A stretch of 64,000 nucleotides of DNA, taken from NCBI GenBank assembly GCA_945906305.1, contig CAMDQT010000002.1, positions 130,177 to 194,176 of the forward strand. Reading direction: 5' to 3'. The position numbers and the translations under genes were made by a program. Positions 18,524 through 26,902 of this stretch are shown in pieces. Each line of letters begins with the position of its first letter. Positions within the stretch are counted from its first letter, which is position 1. The notes below the pieces were generated by a model. The model saw only the letters and a list, made by a program, of their open reading frames with translations. It was not told where the DNA came from and did not search any database. Origin of the DNA: Ferrithrix thermotolerans DSM 19514 (GTDB lineage Bacteria; Actinomycetota; Acidimicrobiia; Acidimicrobiales; CAIXPF01).

Positions 18524-19822
18524 GTGGTGCCCAGGTCCGTACGCATTGGTATGTTGGGTTGTGGCAACGTCGGCGCCGCTTTCGCCGCGCTGGTGGCCGC
18601 CCGGGCCGAGGCGATCGAGGCCCAGACCGGCCTGCGGCTGGCTGTGACCCGCGTCGCGGTTCGTTCGGTCTCGCGTGCTCGTGACGTCTCCTTCGGTCCC
18701 GAGATTCTCACCCATGACGCCACCGCGTTGGTGCTCGACCCCGATGTCGACCTGGTGGTCGAGGTGATGGGCGGCATAGAACCAGCACGGTCCTTGATTC
18801 TCGCCGCGCTCAACTCGGGCAAGCCGGTGGTGACCGCTAACAAGGAACTGCTGGCCAATTTCGGACCCGAGTTGTACCGCGCCGCTGAAGCGGCGGGCGT
18901 GGACCTGCTCTTTGAGGCGGCCGTGGGCGGGGGTATCCCCATCGTGCGGCCGTTGCGCCAATCGCTGAAAGGCGAGCGCATCAAGCAGGTGATGGGCATC
19001 GTTAACGGCACCACGAACTACATCCTCACCCGTATGACCGAGTCCGGCGCGTCCTACCACGATGCTCTGGCCGAGGCGCAGAGCCTTGGCTACGCCGAAC
19101 GGGACCCCACGGCCGATGTTGAAGGCTACGACGCGGGAGCCAAGCTGGCGATCTTGGCTTCGATCGCGTTTGGCGCGGCCGTGGCCGCGGGCGATGTGTA
19201 CCACGAGGGCATCAGCAAAATCACCGCCACCGACATCGATTTCGCCGGCCGGCTCGGCTACCGCATCAAGTTGCTGGCCATCGCCGAGGAGTACGACGAC
19301 GGCACTATCGGGGTGCGGGTGCATCCGGCCATGGTGCCGCTGGATCATCCGCTGGCGGCCGTGCGCGACTCCTACAACGCCGTGTTCGTGGAGGGCGAGG
19401 CCGCGGGGAACCTGATGTTCTACGGCCGCGGGGCCGGGGGCAGCCCCACGGCGTCGGCGGTGCTTGGCGATGTCCTCGACGCCGCGGCCAACTTGGCGCA
19501 CCATGCCGCGGGCTCGCTGGGCACGATGCGCCCGGCGCGTATCCGCCCCGTGGACGACGTCGAGGCGGAGTATTACCTCCAGATCGAGGTGGCTGACCAG
19601 CCTGGAGTGCTGGCCCAAGTGGCCACGGTCTTCGGCGAGCACGGCGTCTCCATTCGCAGCATGGAGCAGGACGGCCTCGGCGAGCGGGCCCGGATCATCT
19701 TCATCACCCACTCCGCCCGCGAGGCCTCGGTGCAGTCCACCCTGGCTGACCTGCGGCGCTTGCCCGCCGTGCGCCAGGTGAACGGTCTCCTGCGGGTCGT
19801 CGGCAATGGGGCTCAACCGTGA
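18524..19822 (+). CDS. hom: homoserine dehydrogenase
   Basis: IGMLGCGNVGAA Rossmann motif, NKELLA, GIVNGTTNYILT and a C-terminal ACT-like domain (YYLQIEVADQPGVLAQV). Confidence 0.9.
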   Translation: MVPRSVRIGMLGCGNVGAAFAALVAARAEAIEAQTGLRLAVTRVAVRSVSRARDVSFGPEILTHDATALVLDPDVDLVVEVMGGIEPARSLILAALNSGKPVVTANKELLANFGPELYRAAEAAGVDLLFEAAVGGGIPIVRPLRQSLKGERIKQVMGIVNGTTNYILTRMTESGASYHDALAEAQSLGYAERDPTADVEGYDAGAKLAILASIAFGAAVAAGDVYHEGISKITATDIDFAGRLGYRIKLLAIAEEYDDGTIGVRVHPAMVPLDHPLAAVRDSYNAVFVEGEAAGNLMFYGRGAGGSPTASAVLGDVLDAAANLAHHAAGSLGTMRPARIRPVDDVEAEYYLQIEVADQPGVLAQVATVFGEHGVSIRSMEQDGLGERARIIFITHSAREASVQSTLADLRRLPAVRQVNGLLRVVGNGAQP

Positions 19823-21222
19823 TGCGCTACGTGTCTACTCGGGGGTCGGCGCCGTCGCTTGACTTCGGCGATGTGCTGCTGGTGGGCCTGGCCACCGACG
19901 GCGGGCTGTACGTTCCTAGCGAGGTTCCGTCCTTGCCGGACGACTGGGACGTCGAGCGACCCTATGCCGAACTCGCGGCCGCGATCATGTGGCCCTACGT
20001 CGAGGGTTGTATCGACGCGGAGACCTTCGCCGCACTGGTCGCAGACAGCTACCGGTCCTTTGAGCACCCCGACGTGGTGCCGATGCGCCAGCTCGAGCCG
20101 GGCCTGTTTCTGGCCGAGCTGTTCTGGGGGCCGACCCTGGCTTTCAAAGATGTGGCCCTGCAACTAGTAGGCCGACTGTTCGACGAGGAACTCCGCCGCC
20201 GCGGCGATCGGGTGACGGTGGTGGGAGCCACGTCGGGCGACACGGGGTCTGCTGCTATCGAGGCGCTGCGCGACCGTGTGGCGGTGGACTGTTTCATCCT
20301 GCACCCCAACGGTCGGGTCTCGGAGGTGCAGCGCCGTCAAATGACCACGGTTCTGGCCGACAACGTGTTCAACCTCGCCGTGGACGGGACGTTCGACGAC
20401 TGCCAGGACCTAGTCAAGGCCATGTTTGCCGACGAAGCCTTCCGCAACCGCTTCCACCTTTCCGCGGTCAACTCCATCAACTTCGCTCGGGTGCTGGCGC
20501 AGATCGTCTATTTCGTGACCGCTGCGGCGTGGGTGCGACGTCGGATCGGCGTCGATTCGCCGGTGTCTTTCGTGGTGCCGACGGGCAACTTCGGCAACGT
20601 CTACGCCGGGCACCTTGCCCGACGGGCCGGTCTGCCCGTGGGCCAACTCGTGGTGGCTTCCAATGCCAACGACATCTTGCCGCGGCTCTTCACCACGGGC
20701 ACCATGGCGCAGACCGGGGTGGTCGCCACCCTCAGCCCCTCGATGGACATCCAGGTCAGCTCCAATCTCGAGCGGCTGTTGTGGGAGTTGCACGGGGGTG
20801 ATGGAGCCGCCGTCGACGTGCTCATGCGCCGCTTCCGCGAGCATGGAACGGTGACCCTCGACCCGGAGCAGTGGCGTTCGCTGAGCTCGGGTTTCGCCGC
20901 CTATCGGGCCGATGACTCGGCCTGTTTGGACATCATGGCTCGCTATTACCGCCGTCATGACGTGCTTGTGGACCCCCACACAGCAGTCGGTCTGAGCGCG
21001 GCCGAACAACACGGGTACAGCCCCGAGCGGCCGCTCGTAGTGCTCGCCACCGCCCATCCCGCCAAGTTCGCTGACGCCGTGGCGCAAGCTACCGGGGTAC
21101 GGCCTGCACTGCCGGCGCGGCTCGGGAACCTCTTGGAGCGGGCCGAGCGTTATGAGCGGGTGGCCAATGACCTGCAGTCCGTCGAGGCCTTTGTCTTAAC
21201 CCATGCCCGGGTCGGCCGCTGA
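19822..21222 (+). CDS. thrC: threonine synthase (long form)
   Basis: RYVSTRG, GGLYVP, GPTLAFKDVALQ (PLP Lys) and SGDTGSAA. The ATG at 19822 overlaps the hom TGA by 1 nt. GTG at 19819 is an alternative start. Confidence 0.9.
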   Translation: MRYVSTRGSAPSLDFGDVLLVGLATDGGLYVPSEVPSLPDDWDVERPYAELAAAIMWPYVEGCIDAETFAALVADSYRSFEHPDVVPMRQLEPGLFLAELFWGPTLAFKDVALQLVGRLFDEELRRRGDRVTVVGATSGDTGSAAIEALRDRVAVDCFILHPNGRVSEVQRRQMTTVLADNVFNLAVDGTFDDCQDLVKAMFADEAFRNRFHLSAVNSINFARVLAQIVYFVTAAAWVRRRIGVDSPVSFVVPTGNFGNVYAGHLARRAGLPVGQLVVASNANDILPRLFTTGTMAQTGVVATLSPSMDIQVSSNLERLLWELHGGDGAAVDVLMRRFREHGTVTLDPEQWRSLSSGFAAYRADDSACLDIMARYYRRHDVLVDPHTAVGLSAAEQHGYSPERPLVVLATAHPAKFADAVAQATGVRPALPARLGNLLERAERYERVANDLQSVEAFVLTHARVGR

Positions 21223-21223
21223 G

Positions 21224-21256
21224 CCGTGCGCTGACCCCGTAGGCACTGGCGCACGG
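21224..21256 (+). terminator. stem-loop immediately after thrC
   Basis: CCGTGCGC (21224-21231) pairs with GCGCACGG (21249-21256) and is followed by AAAAGAG. Confidence 0.4.
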
Positions 21257-21359
21257 AAAAGAGCGTGCCCGGCGAATACGCTGTCGGGTAACCCAGGCCG
21301 GAGCGAAGATCAGGCCTTCGAGCGGTGTTCAGTATTCGCGATGAGCAGAATGGCAGTTC

Positions 21360-22499
21360 ATGAAGTATGTGGTGTGCATTCCGGATGGCTGTGCCGATGA
21401 GCCGGTCGATGAGCTCGGCGGAAAGACACCTCTGGAGTATGCGAATCTGCCGGTGCTGGCTGGCCTTGCGGGCCGCTCCACCGTGGGTCGGGCCCAGACC
21501 ATCCCCGTCGGCTTACCCCCTGGCAGCGACGTGGGGAACATGGCCATCTTCGGTTACGACCCGAGTCGCTATCACACCGGCCGTGCCCCCATCGAGGCCG
21601 CGGCGTTGGGGCTTGACCTCACCGGTCGTATCGCCTACCGCTGCAACCTCGTGACCGTTTCGGCGGAGGGCACGATGGTCGATTTCGCGGGCGGGCACCC
21701 TGACTCTGCGCACGCCGCGGAGGTGATTCGGGCCCTCGATGCGGCCCTCGGTGGTGAGGTCAGCTTCCATCCCGGTGTGCAGTACCGCCACATCATGCTC
21801 GCTCCGCTGGACTGGGCCGAGGCGGACTGCTACCCGCCGCACGATCTCACCGGCGACCCGGCCTTGATGCCGACCGGTCCGACTGCGGCTCGGCTCATCG
21901 AACTGATGGACCGTTCCCGCGACGTGCTGCGCCGCTTCGATCTTGCCGCCACTCAGATTTGGCTGTGGGGTCAGGGACCGGGGCCGGCTATGCCCCGCTT
22001 CGTTGATCGCTACGGGGTGCGGGCCGGGCTGTGCACCGAGGTGGACCTTGTACGTGGGCTTGGCGTGATGGCCGGGATGGATGTGGTGGAGGTCGAGGGG
22101 GCGAATGCCTGGTTCGACACCAACTATGAAGGTATGCGCGACGCGGCGATCGAGGGTTTGGCTTCTGGGGCCGACTTGTGGATCGTGCACATCGAGGCCT
22201 CCGACGAGGCCGGACATGCGGGCGATGTGGGCGAAAAGGTCAAGGCCCTGGAGAACTGGGACCGGCGCGTTCTGGCGGGATTGACTGAGGCCCTGGACGA
22301 GATGGGTCCGTGGCGCATGCTGCTGTTGCCCGATCACGCCACCCCGTTGCGGCTGAAGACGCATACCTCCGACGCGGTGCCGTACCTGCTGGCGGACTCG
22401 CGTCAAACCGGTCCCGGGGGGTCCTACACCGAGTCCTGGGTGGCTGGCCACACCCCGGTGGTCGCTCACGAGTTGATGGCAACCTTGCTTCAACAATGA
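21360..22499 (+). CDS. cofactor-independent phosphoglycerate mutase-like protein (archaeal ApgM type); candidate non-canonical homoserine kinase
   Basis: The N-terminal MKYVVCIPDGCADEP...GKTPLE, PPGSDVGNMAIFGYDP, and EASDEAGHAGD near the C-terminus fit ApgM-type alkaline-phosphatase-superfamily mutases. It occupies the thrB position. Confidence 0.75.
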   Translation: MKYVVCIPDGCADEPVDELGGKTPLEYANLPVLAGLAGRSTVGRAQTIPVGLPPGSDVGNMAIFGYDPSRYHTGRAPIEAAALGLDLTGRIAYRCNLVTVSAEGTMVDFAGGHPDSAHAAEVIRALDAALGGEVSFHPGVQYRHIMLAPLDWAEADCYPPHDLTGDPALMPTGPTAARLIELMDRSRDVLRRFDLAATQIWLWGQGPGPAMPRFVDRYGVRAGLCTEVDLVRGLGVMAGMDVVEVEGANAWFDTNYEGMRDAAIEGLASGADLWIVHIEASDEAGHAGDVGEKVKALENWDRRVLAGLTEALDEMGPWRMLLLPDHATPLRLKTHTSDAVPYLLADSRQTGPGGSYTESWVAGHTPVVAHELMATLLQQ

Positions 22500-22826
22500 G
22501 TTGGCCCAATCCAGCGGGCCTGTGGGCCATGACGTCAGGTCGTGCTACGCTGGTGAGGTTGTTTCGTCGCCCGTCTGGCCCTGCGGCCAACCCGATGTTG
22601 TCGCACGGGCGGTTCCCACACATCGCCGCCGATCCTTCATGTCGCGCCTGATTAGTTCGTCGGTGTGCCACGATCGGTCCCGGCACGAGGTGCGTCCTAC
22701 GCACCGACTGATCGCCGTAATTCCCACCCACCACGGACCCCGGTTCCCCGGCGCCCCGCCTTGCGGCGGAACCTGCGTCGCCGGTCTCGAGGGCACCACC
22801 GGTACTGCCGGAGAAGGAAGGCCCGA
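22500..22826 (+). promoter_or_regulatory. long 5' leader of rho with a C-rich, G-poor tract (possible rut-like autoregulatory region)
   Basis: 327 nt without a credible ORF. C-rich run TTCCCACCCACCACGGACCCCGGTTCCCCGGCGCCCCGCC at about 22719-22760. RBS GAAGGAAG lies just before the GTG at 22827. Confidence 0.35.
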
Positions 22827-24797
22827 GTGAGCGGCGACGCGCACGAACTCGAGCGAGACGCCTTGAGGCGCAAAGACCGCGAGCAGCTTCTCGTCATAGC
22901 TGCCGCGCTGGGCCGAAAGGCACCGGCCCGCGCCCGTAAGGATCAGATCATCGACGTTATTCTCGGCGTGCCCGTGAGCGCCGCTGGGACGGAGCACGCA
23001 GCGGGGCAATTGCCCCTCGATGCGGCGCCCGCCGAGATTCGCCCCGAGGCTGCACCTCGCGAGGAACGCGCCGAGGTCACGTCAGAGCAACGGTACGAGC
23101 GGGGACCGAAGAAGGCCGTGACTGCAGATAGCCCCAGTGGTGCGGCTCTGAGTTCGGCGCGTCCGTCGGGACCGGCCTCGGCGGGGACCGCGGACGATAC
23201 GCCAGTCGCGGCCCGCGCGTCGACTTTCTCACCGTTCGGAAACCTCGACGCGCCAGCCTTTCGTCGCACGCCGCCGCCGCCCGATCCTGAGCGAGTCGAA
23301 CCGAGCGCGGACCTGAACCGGCCCGCCTCGGATTCGGTCTCGGCCGCCGAGCAGCCCCGCGTCAGGGCCGAGTCCGATCGAACCCCAGCGAGTAATGCCG
23401 CGGAGCAGGACTTCGACGGCGAGGATCGGGGCGATTCGACGGGGGAGCGCGAGGCCGGTAGCCGTCGTCGTCGACGCCGCGGCCGCGACAAGGAACGTGA
23501 CCGTAGCGACCGCCCGGTAGTGCCCGCAGGAGTGACCCCGGCTCCAGCAGCCCCAGACGGTGCTGCGCCCGGCGCTTCCGACCGTGATCGTGATCGTGAT
23601 CGTGATCGTGACCGTGATCGTGATCGTGGCGAGGACCCTTCCGTGGGTGGTGTCGTTCACTCCGAGCAGGTTCCGGTGGACGGCTACCTCGACCTGCGTG
23701 AGGAGGGATACGGCTTTCTTCGGGTGAAGGGCTACCTGGCGTCCAAGAACGACGTGTATGTACCGGGCAAGTTCGTACGCCAATTTGGGCTGCGCAAAGG
23801 GGATCGGCTGGTGGGATCATCCCGGCCGGCTGGCCGCGGCGAGAAGAATCCGGCCCTGTTGCGCATAGACGAGGTGAACGATCGCGACCCCGAGGCCGCC
23901 CGTAACCGGCCGCGGTTCGAGGACCTCACCCCGCTGTACCCCGATCAGCAACTCAAGCTGGAACGGTCCGGCGATCCGTACAACATGACGGCCCGCATCA
24001 TTGATCTCATCGCCCCCATCGGCAAGGGCCAGCGCGGCCTGATCGTATCGCCGCCCAAGGCCGGTAAGACCACAGTCATGAAGACCATCGCCCAGTGCAT
24101 CGAGGCCAATAACCCCGAGGTGAAACTCATCGTGTTGCTCATCGACGAGCGGCCTGAGGAGGTCACCGACATGCGGCGTTCGGTCCGCGGCGAAGTGGTC
24201 GCCTCTACCTTCGATCGACCCGCCGACGAGCACACCCACGTGGTGGAGATGACTAGCGAGCGGGCTAAGCGAATGGTTGAACAGGGTGAGGACGTCGTCA
24301 TCATCGTGGATGGCATCACCCGTCTCGCTCGGGCGTACAACCTCGCCGCTCCGGCCACCGGGCGAATCATGTCCGGCGGCCTCGACACCGGGGCGCTGTA
24401 CCCGCCGAAGAAGTTCTTTGGGGCGGCGCGCAACGTTGAGGAAGGCGGATCGCTCACCATCCTCGCGACCGCGCTGGTCGAGACCGGTTCCCGCATGGAC
24501 GAGGTGATCTTCGAGGAGTTCAAGGGCACCGGCAACATGGAGTTGCGGCTCGATCGCCGACTGGCTGAGAAGCGCATCTACCCCGCCATCGACGTTGACG
24601 GATCGTCCACCCGACACGAGGAGTTGCTCTTCGAACGGCGTCAGCTCAACCAGGTGTGGAAGCTGCGTCGGGTGCTCTCCGGCCTGGCCGGGGACGGTTC
24701 TGGTGCCGCCGCGCTCGAGTTGCTCGTCGATCGAATGCGTACGTTCCGTTCCAACGACGAGTTCTTGGCCGAGGTGGCCAAGGTCCCATCGATGTGA
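22827..24797 (+). CDS. rho: transcription termination factor Rho with a large N-terminal insertion
   Basis: Rho_N-like LERDALRRKDREQLLVIAAALG, CSD-like YGFLRVKGYL...DVYVP, Walker A PPKAGKTT, and the RecA-like core to the C-terminus. GTG start after GAAGGAAG. About 656 aa. Confidence 0.9.
   Translation: MSGDAHELERDALRRKDREQLLVIAAALGRKAPARARKDQIIDVILGVPVSAAGTEHAAGQLPLDAAPAEIRPEAAPREERAEVTSEQRYERGPKKAVTADSPSGAALSSARPSGPASAGTADDTPVAARASTFSPFGNLDAPAFRRTPPPPDPERVEPSADLNRPASDSVSAAEQPRVRAESDRTPASNAAEQDFDGEDRGDSTGEREAGSRRRRRRGRDKERDRSDRPVVPAGVTPAPAAPDGAAPGASDRDRDRDRDRDRDRDRGEDPSVGGVVHSEQVPVDGYLDLREEGYGFLRVKGYLASKNDVYVPGKFVRQFGLRKGDRLVGSSRPAGRGEKNPALLRIDEVNDRDPEAARNRPRFEDLTPLYPDQQLKLERSGDPYNMTARIIDLIAPIGKGQRGLIVSPPKAGKTTVMKTIAQCIEANNPEVKLIVLLIDERPEEVTDMRRSVRGEVVASTFDRPADEHTHVVEMTSERAKRMVEQGEDVVIIVDGITRLARAYNLAAPATGRIMSGGLDTGALYPPKKFFGAARNVEEGGSLTILATALVETGSRMDEVIFEEFKGTGNMELRLDRRLAEKRIYPAIDVDGSSTRHEELLFERRQLNQVWKLRRVLSGLAGDGSGAAALELLVDRMRTFRSNDEFLAEVAKVPSM
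23580..23627 (+). repeat. in-frame hexanucleotide repeat encoding (DR)8
   Basis: GACCGT GATCGT GATCGT GATCGT GATCGT GACCGT GATCGT GATCGT, inside the Rho insertion. Confidence 0.9.
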
Positions 24798-24815
24798 TGA
24801 CCGAGGAGACAGCGC

Positions 24816-25835
24816 ATGTCCGCCGCGGTGTCTGATCCCGAACTGCGTGCTCGTCTGAACCTGGCCAAGCTTCGCTCGGTGGTGCGGGCGCGGACCGGGG
24901 CGCAACACCTTGAGGATTCGCCGCTGGGCCCGATGGCCGCCGTGGTCGTGCAGGGCGCGGGATACGTGTTGATTGACCGCGGCGCAGGAATTGGAGCGGC
25001 CCTTGCCTGGGCGCGGCGCCAGGCAGTGCCGGGACCGTTGCACGTCGTGATCGACGGCGATGGCGAGGGTTCCCAAGCCCCTGGGGTCCTCGCTCGCCGG
25101 GCCAAGTACTTCGCGCCGTGCCCAGTGGTGCTGGCACTAGACGCCGCGATGCTGAGCATCGCGGAACCGTCGGCGCATGGGCCGATCCTGCCTGCGGCGG
25201 TGGCGGACCTCGCCGCCATCGAGCCGCTACGTCGCGCCGGGGCGGAGATCATCGTGGAACACGGTGTGGTCATGGCCGAGTTGAACGGCCTTGAGGTTGG
25301 CCGGGTCATGGCCGACTTGGAGGGCCCGGGGGTGCATCTTGAGATCGGTGTCGGACGTTATGACCGTGAGGCCGCCCAGGTCATGCAACAGATCCGCAGC
25401 GAGGCTGAAGTGCGCAAGGACGTGCTCGACGTCGTGCGGCGTCACCGTCAGGCCGGCCAACCTGCTCATCTGCTGAACCGCCTGGCCCCTCAGCGGTGGC
25501 TGCGGGCGCGAATCGTCGCGGAACCCGGCCTCGTCGCCGCCAGTTATCTTGAGCCGTTGGAGCCGCCGTTTCCGCGGGACAACCTGATCGATCCGGTGCC
25601 GGCATTCGCCGCCGGGGTGGACGAGGGTGGCAATCCGATCGTGGTGGCCTGCGCCGTGGGGGTCGATGCGGAAGCCATCGTGGTGGCTGCGGACGCCCGG
25701 GATCGTTTCAATCCGGAGGCCCAACTGATCTACGTCTGCCCGAGACGCGACCAGTACCGGCTCATCGCAGACCTGGCCGCGGCGCTGCTACGTCCGGCTC
25801 GTTTGGTGGCGCTCGAGGGGGAGTGGTTCCGTTGA
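24816..25835 (+). CDS. hypothetical protein (339 aa, no recognisable domain)
   Basis: Uninterrupted ORF with an ATG start 19 nt after the rho stop. Its TGA overlaps the prfA ATG (TGATG). No TM segment, signal peptide or motifs that I recognise. Confidence 0.6.
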   Translation: MSAAVSDPELRARLNLAKLRSVVRARTGAQHLEDSPLGPMAAVVVQGAGYVLIDRGAGIGAALAWARRQAVPGPLHVVIDGDGEGSQAPGVLARRAKYFAPCPVVLALDAAMLSIAEPSAHGPILPAAVADLAAIEPLRRAGAEIIVEHGVVMAELNGLEVGRVMADLEGPGVHLEIGVGRYDREAAQVMQQIRSEAEVRKDVLDVVRRHRQAGQPAHLLNRLAPQRWLRARIVAEPGLVAASYLEPLEPPFPRDNLIDPVPAFAAGVDEGGNPIVVACAVGVDAEAIVVAADARDRFNPEAQLIYVCPRRDQYRLIADLAAALLRPARLVALEGEWFR

Positions 25836-26902
25836 TGCTCGAGCGCATCGAGGCCCTCGAATCCGAGTTCAACGATCTGGAGGCCCGTCTCGGGGACCCG
25901 GATCTCCTGGCGGATCCGCGGCGGTATGCCGACGCCACGAGGCGCTATCGCCAGCTCGAGGCGATCGTGACGGTGGGGGCGCGGCTTCGTAGCCGTGGCG
26001 ATGACCTGTCCGCTGCCCGCGAGTTGTACGCCGATGCCGACGCCGAGGATCGTGAGCTGCTGCGCGAGGACATCGACGAAGCTGAACGCGATATCGCCGA
26101 TCTCGGTGAGGCACTGCGGCTGTTGTTGCTGCCCCGCGATCCCAACGACGACAAGAACGTGATCATGGAGATTCGCGGGGCGGAAGGCGGGGAGGAGGCC
26201 AACCTGTTTGCTCGTGATCTGTTCGAGATGTACCGGGGCTATGCCGGTCGGCAGGGCTTCAAGCTCACCGTGCTCGAGGTCAGTCCGTCCGATCTCGGCG
26301 GGTACAACGACGTGGTGTTCCGAGTTGCGGGGGATCACGCCTGGACCAAGCTGAAGTGGGAGGCCGGTCCTCATCGGGTCCAGCGAGTTCCCGTTACGGA
26401 ATCCCAGGGTCGGGTTCACACCTCTTCGGCCACGGTCACGGTGTTGCCCGAGGCGGACGAGATAGACGTCCACATCGACCCCAACGATCTCCAGGTCGAC
26501 GTGTTCCGTGCGTCGGGGGCCGGCGGCCAGCACGTCAACACCACCGACTCGGCCGTGCGTATCACCCATAAGCCGAGTGGCCTCGTGGTGTCGATGCAGG
26601 ACGAGAAAAGCCAGCTACAGAACCGGGCCAAGGCCCTGGTGGTGTTGCGTTCACGTCTGCTCAAGGCGCAACAGGATCGCCAGAGCGCCGAACGTTCCGG
26701 CCAGCGCCGCGACCAGATTGGCGGGGGTGGGCGCAGCGAGAAGATTCGGACCTACAACTTCAAAGAGAACCGGGTCACTGATCATCGGCTCGGCCTGACG
26801 CTCTACAAGCTCGACCGCGTGCTTGCCGGCGAACTCGACGATGTCGTGGACGCCATGGTCCACGATGAGCGGGCCCGCCAGCTCGCGGTGGGTGACGATT
26901 GA
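25835..26902 (+). CDS. prfA: peptide chain release factor 1
   Basis: The GGQ motif (SGAGGQHVNTTDSAVRITH) supports a class I release factor. Gene order and the absence of a frameshift site support RF1 rather than RF2. The RF1-specific PxT tripeptide was not located by eye, only a candidate region around VPVTE. ATG at 25835; an in-frame GTG at 25823 is an alternative start. Confidence 0.9.
   Translation: MLERIEALESEFNDLEARLGDPDLLADPRRYADATRRYRQLEAIVTVGARLRSRGDDLSAARELYADADAEDRELLREDIDEAERDIADLGEALRLLLLPRDPNDDKNVIMEIRGAEGGEEANLFARDLFEMYRGYAGRQGFKLTVLEVSPSDLGGYNDVVFRVAGDHAWTKLKWEAGPHRVQRVPVTESQGRVHTSSATVTVLPEADEIDVHIDPNDLQVDVFRASGAGGQHVNTTDSAVRITHKPSGLVVSMQDEKSQLQNRAKALVVLRSRLLKAQQDRQSAERSGQRRDQIGGGGRSEKIRTYNFKENRVTDHRLGLTLYKLDRVLAGELDDVVDAMVHDERARQLAVGDD

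Noticed and set aside
22665-22826. Upstream extension of the rho ORF (MPRSVPARG...). Analogous N-terminal extensions occur in the ORFs for the monooxygenase (to 9552), thiolase-like protein (to 11202), ppk2 (to 44262), glpX (to 48421), TetR (to 61796), esterase (to 12915) and MFS transporter (to 53063).
   Set aside because: The extensions are Arg/Pro-rich and lack homology-like features. They often overlap neighbouring genes. Internal starts with RBS-like purine tracts or start/stop coupling give canonical protein lengths.
25823-26902. Programmed +1 frameshift of the kind seen in release factor 2.
   Set aside because: The gene is a single uninterrupted ORF, and its gene context fits prfA (RF1) rather than prfB. 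No frameshift site is needed.
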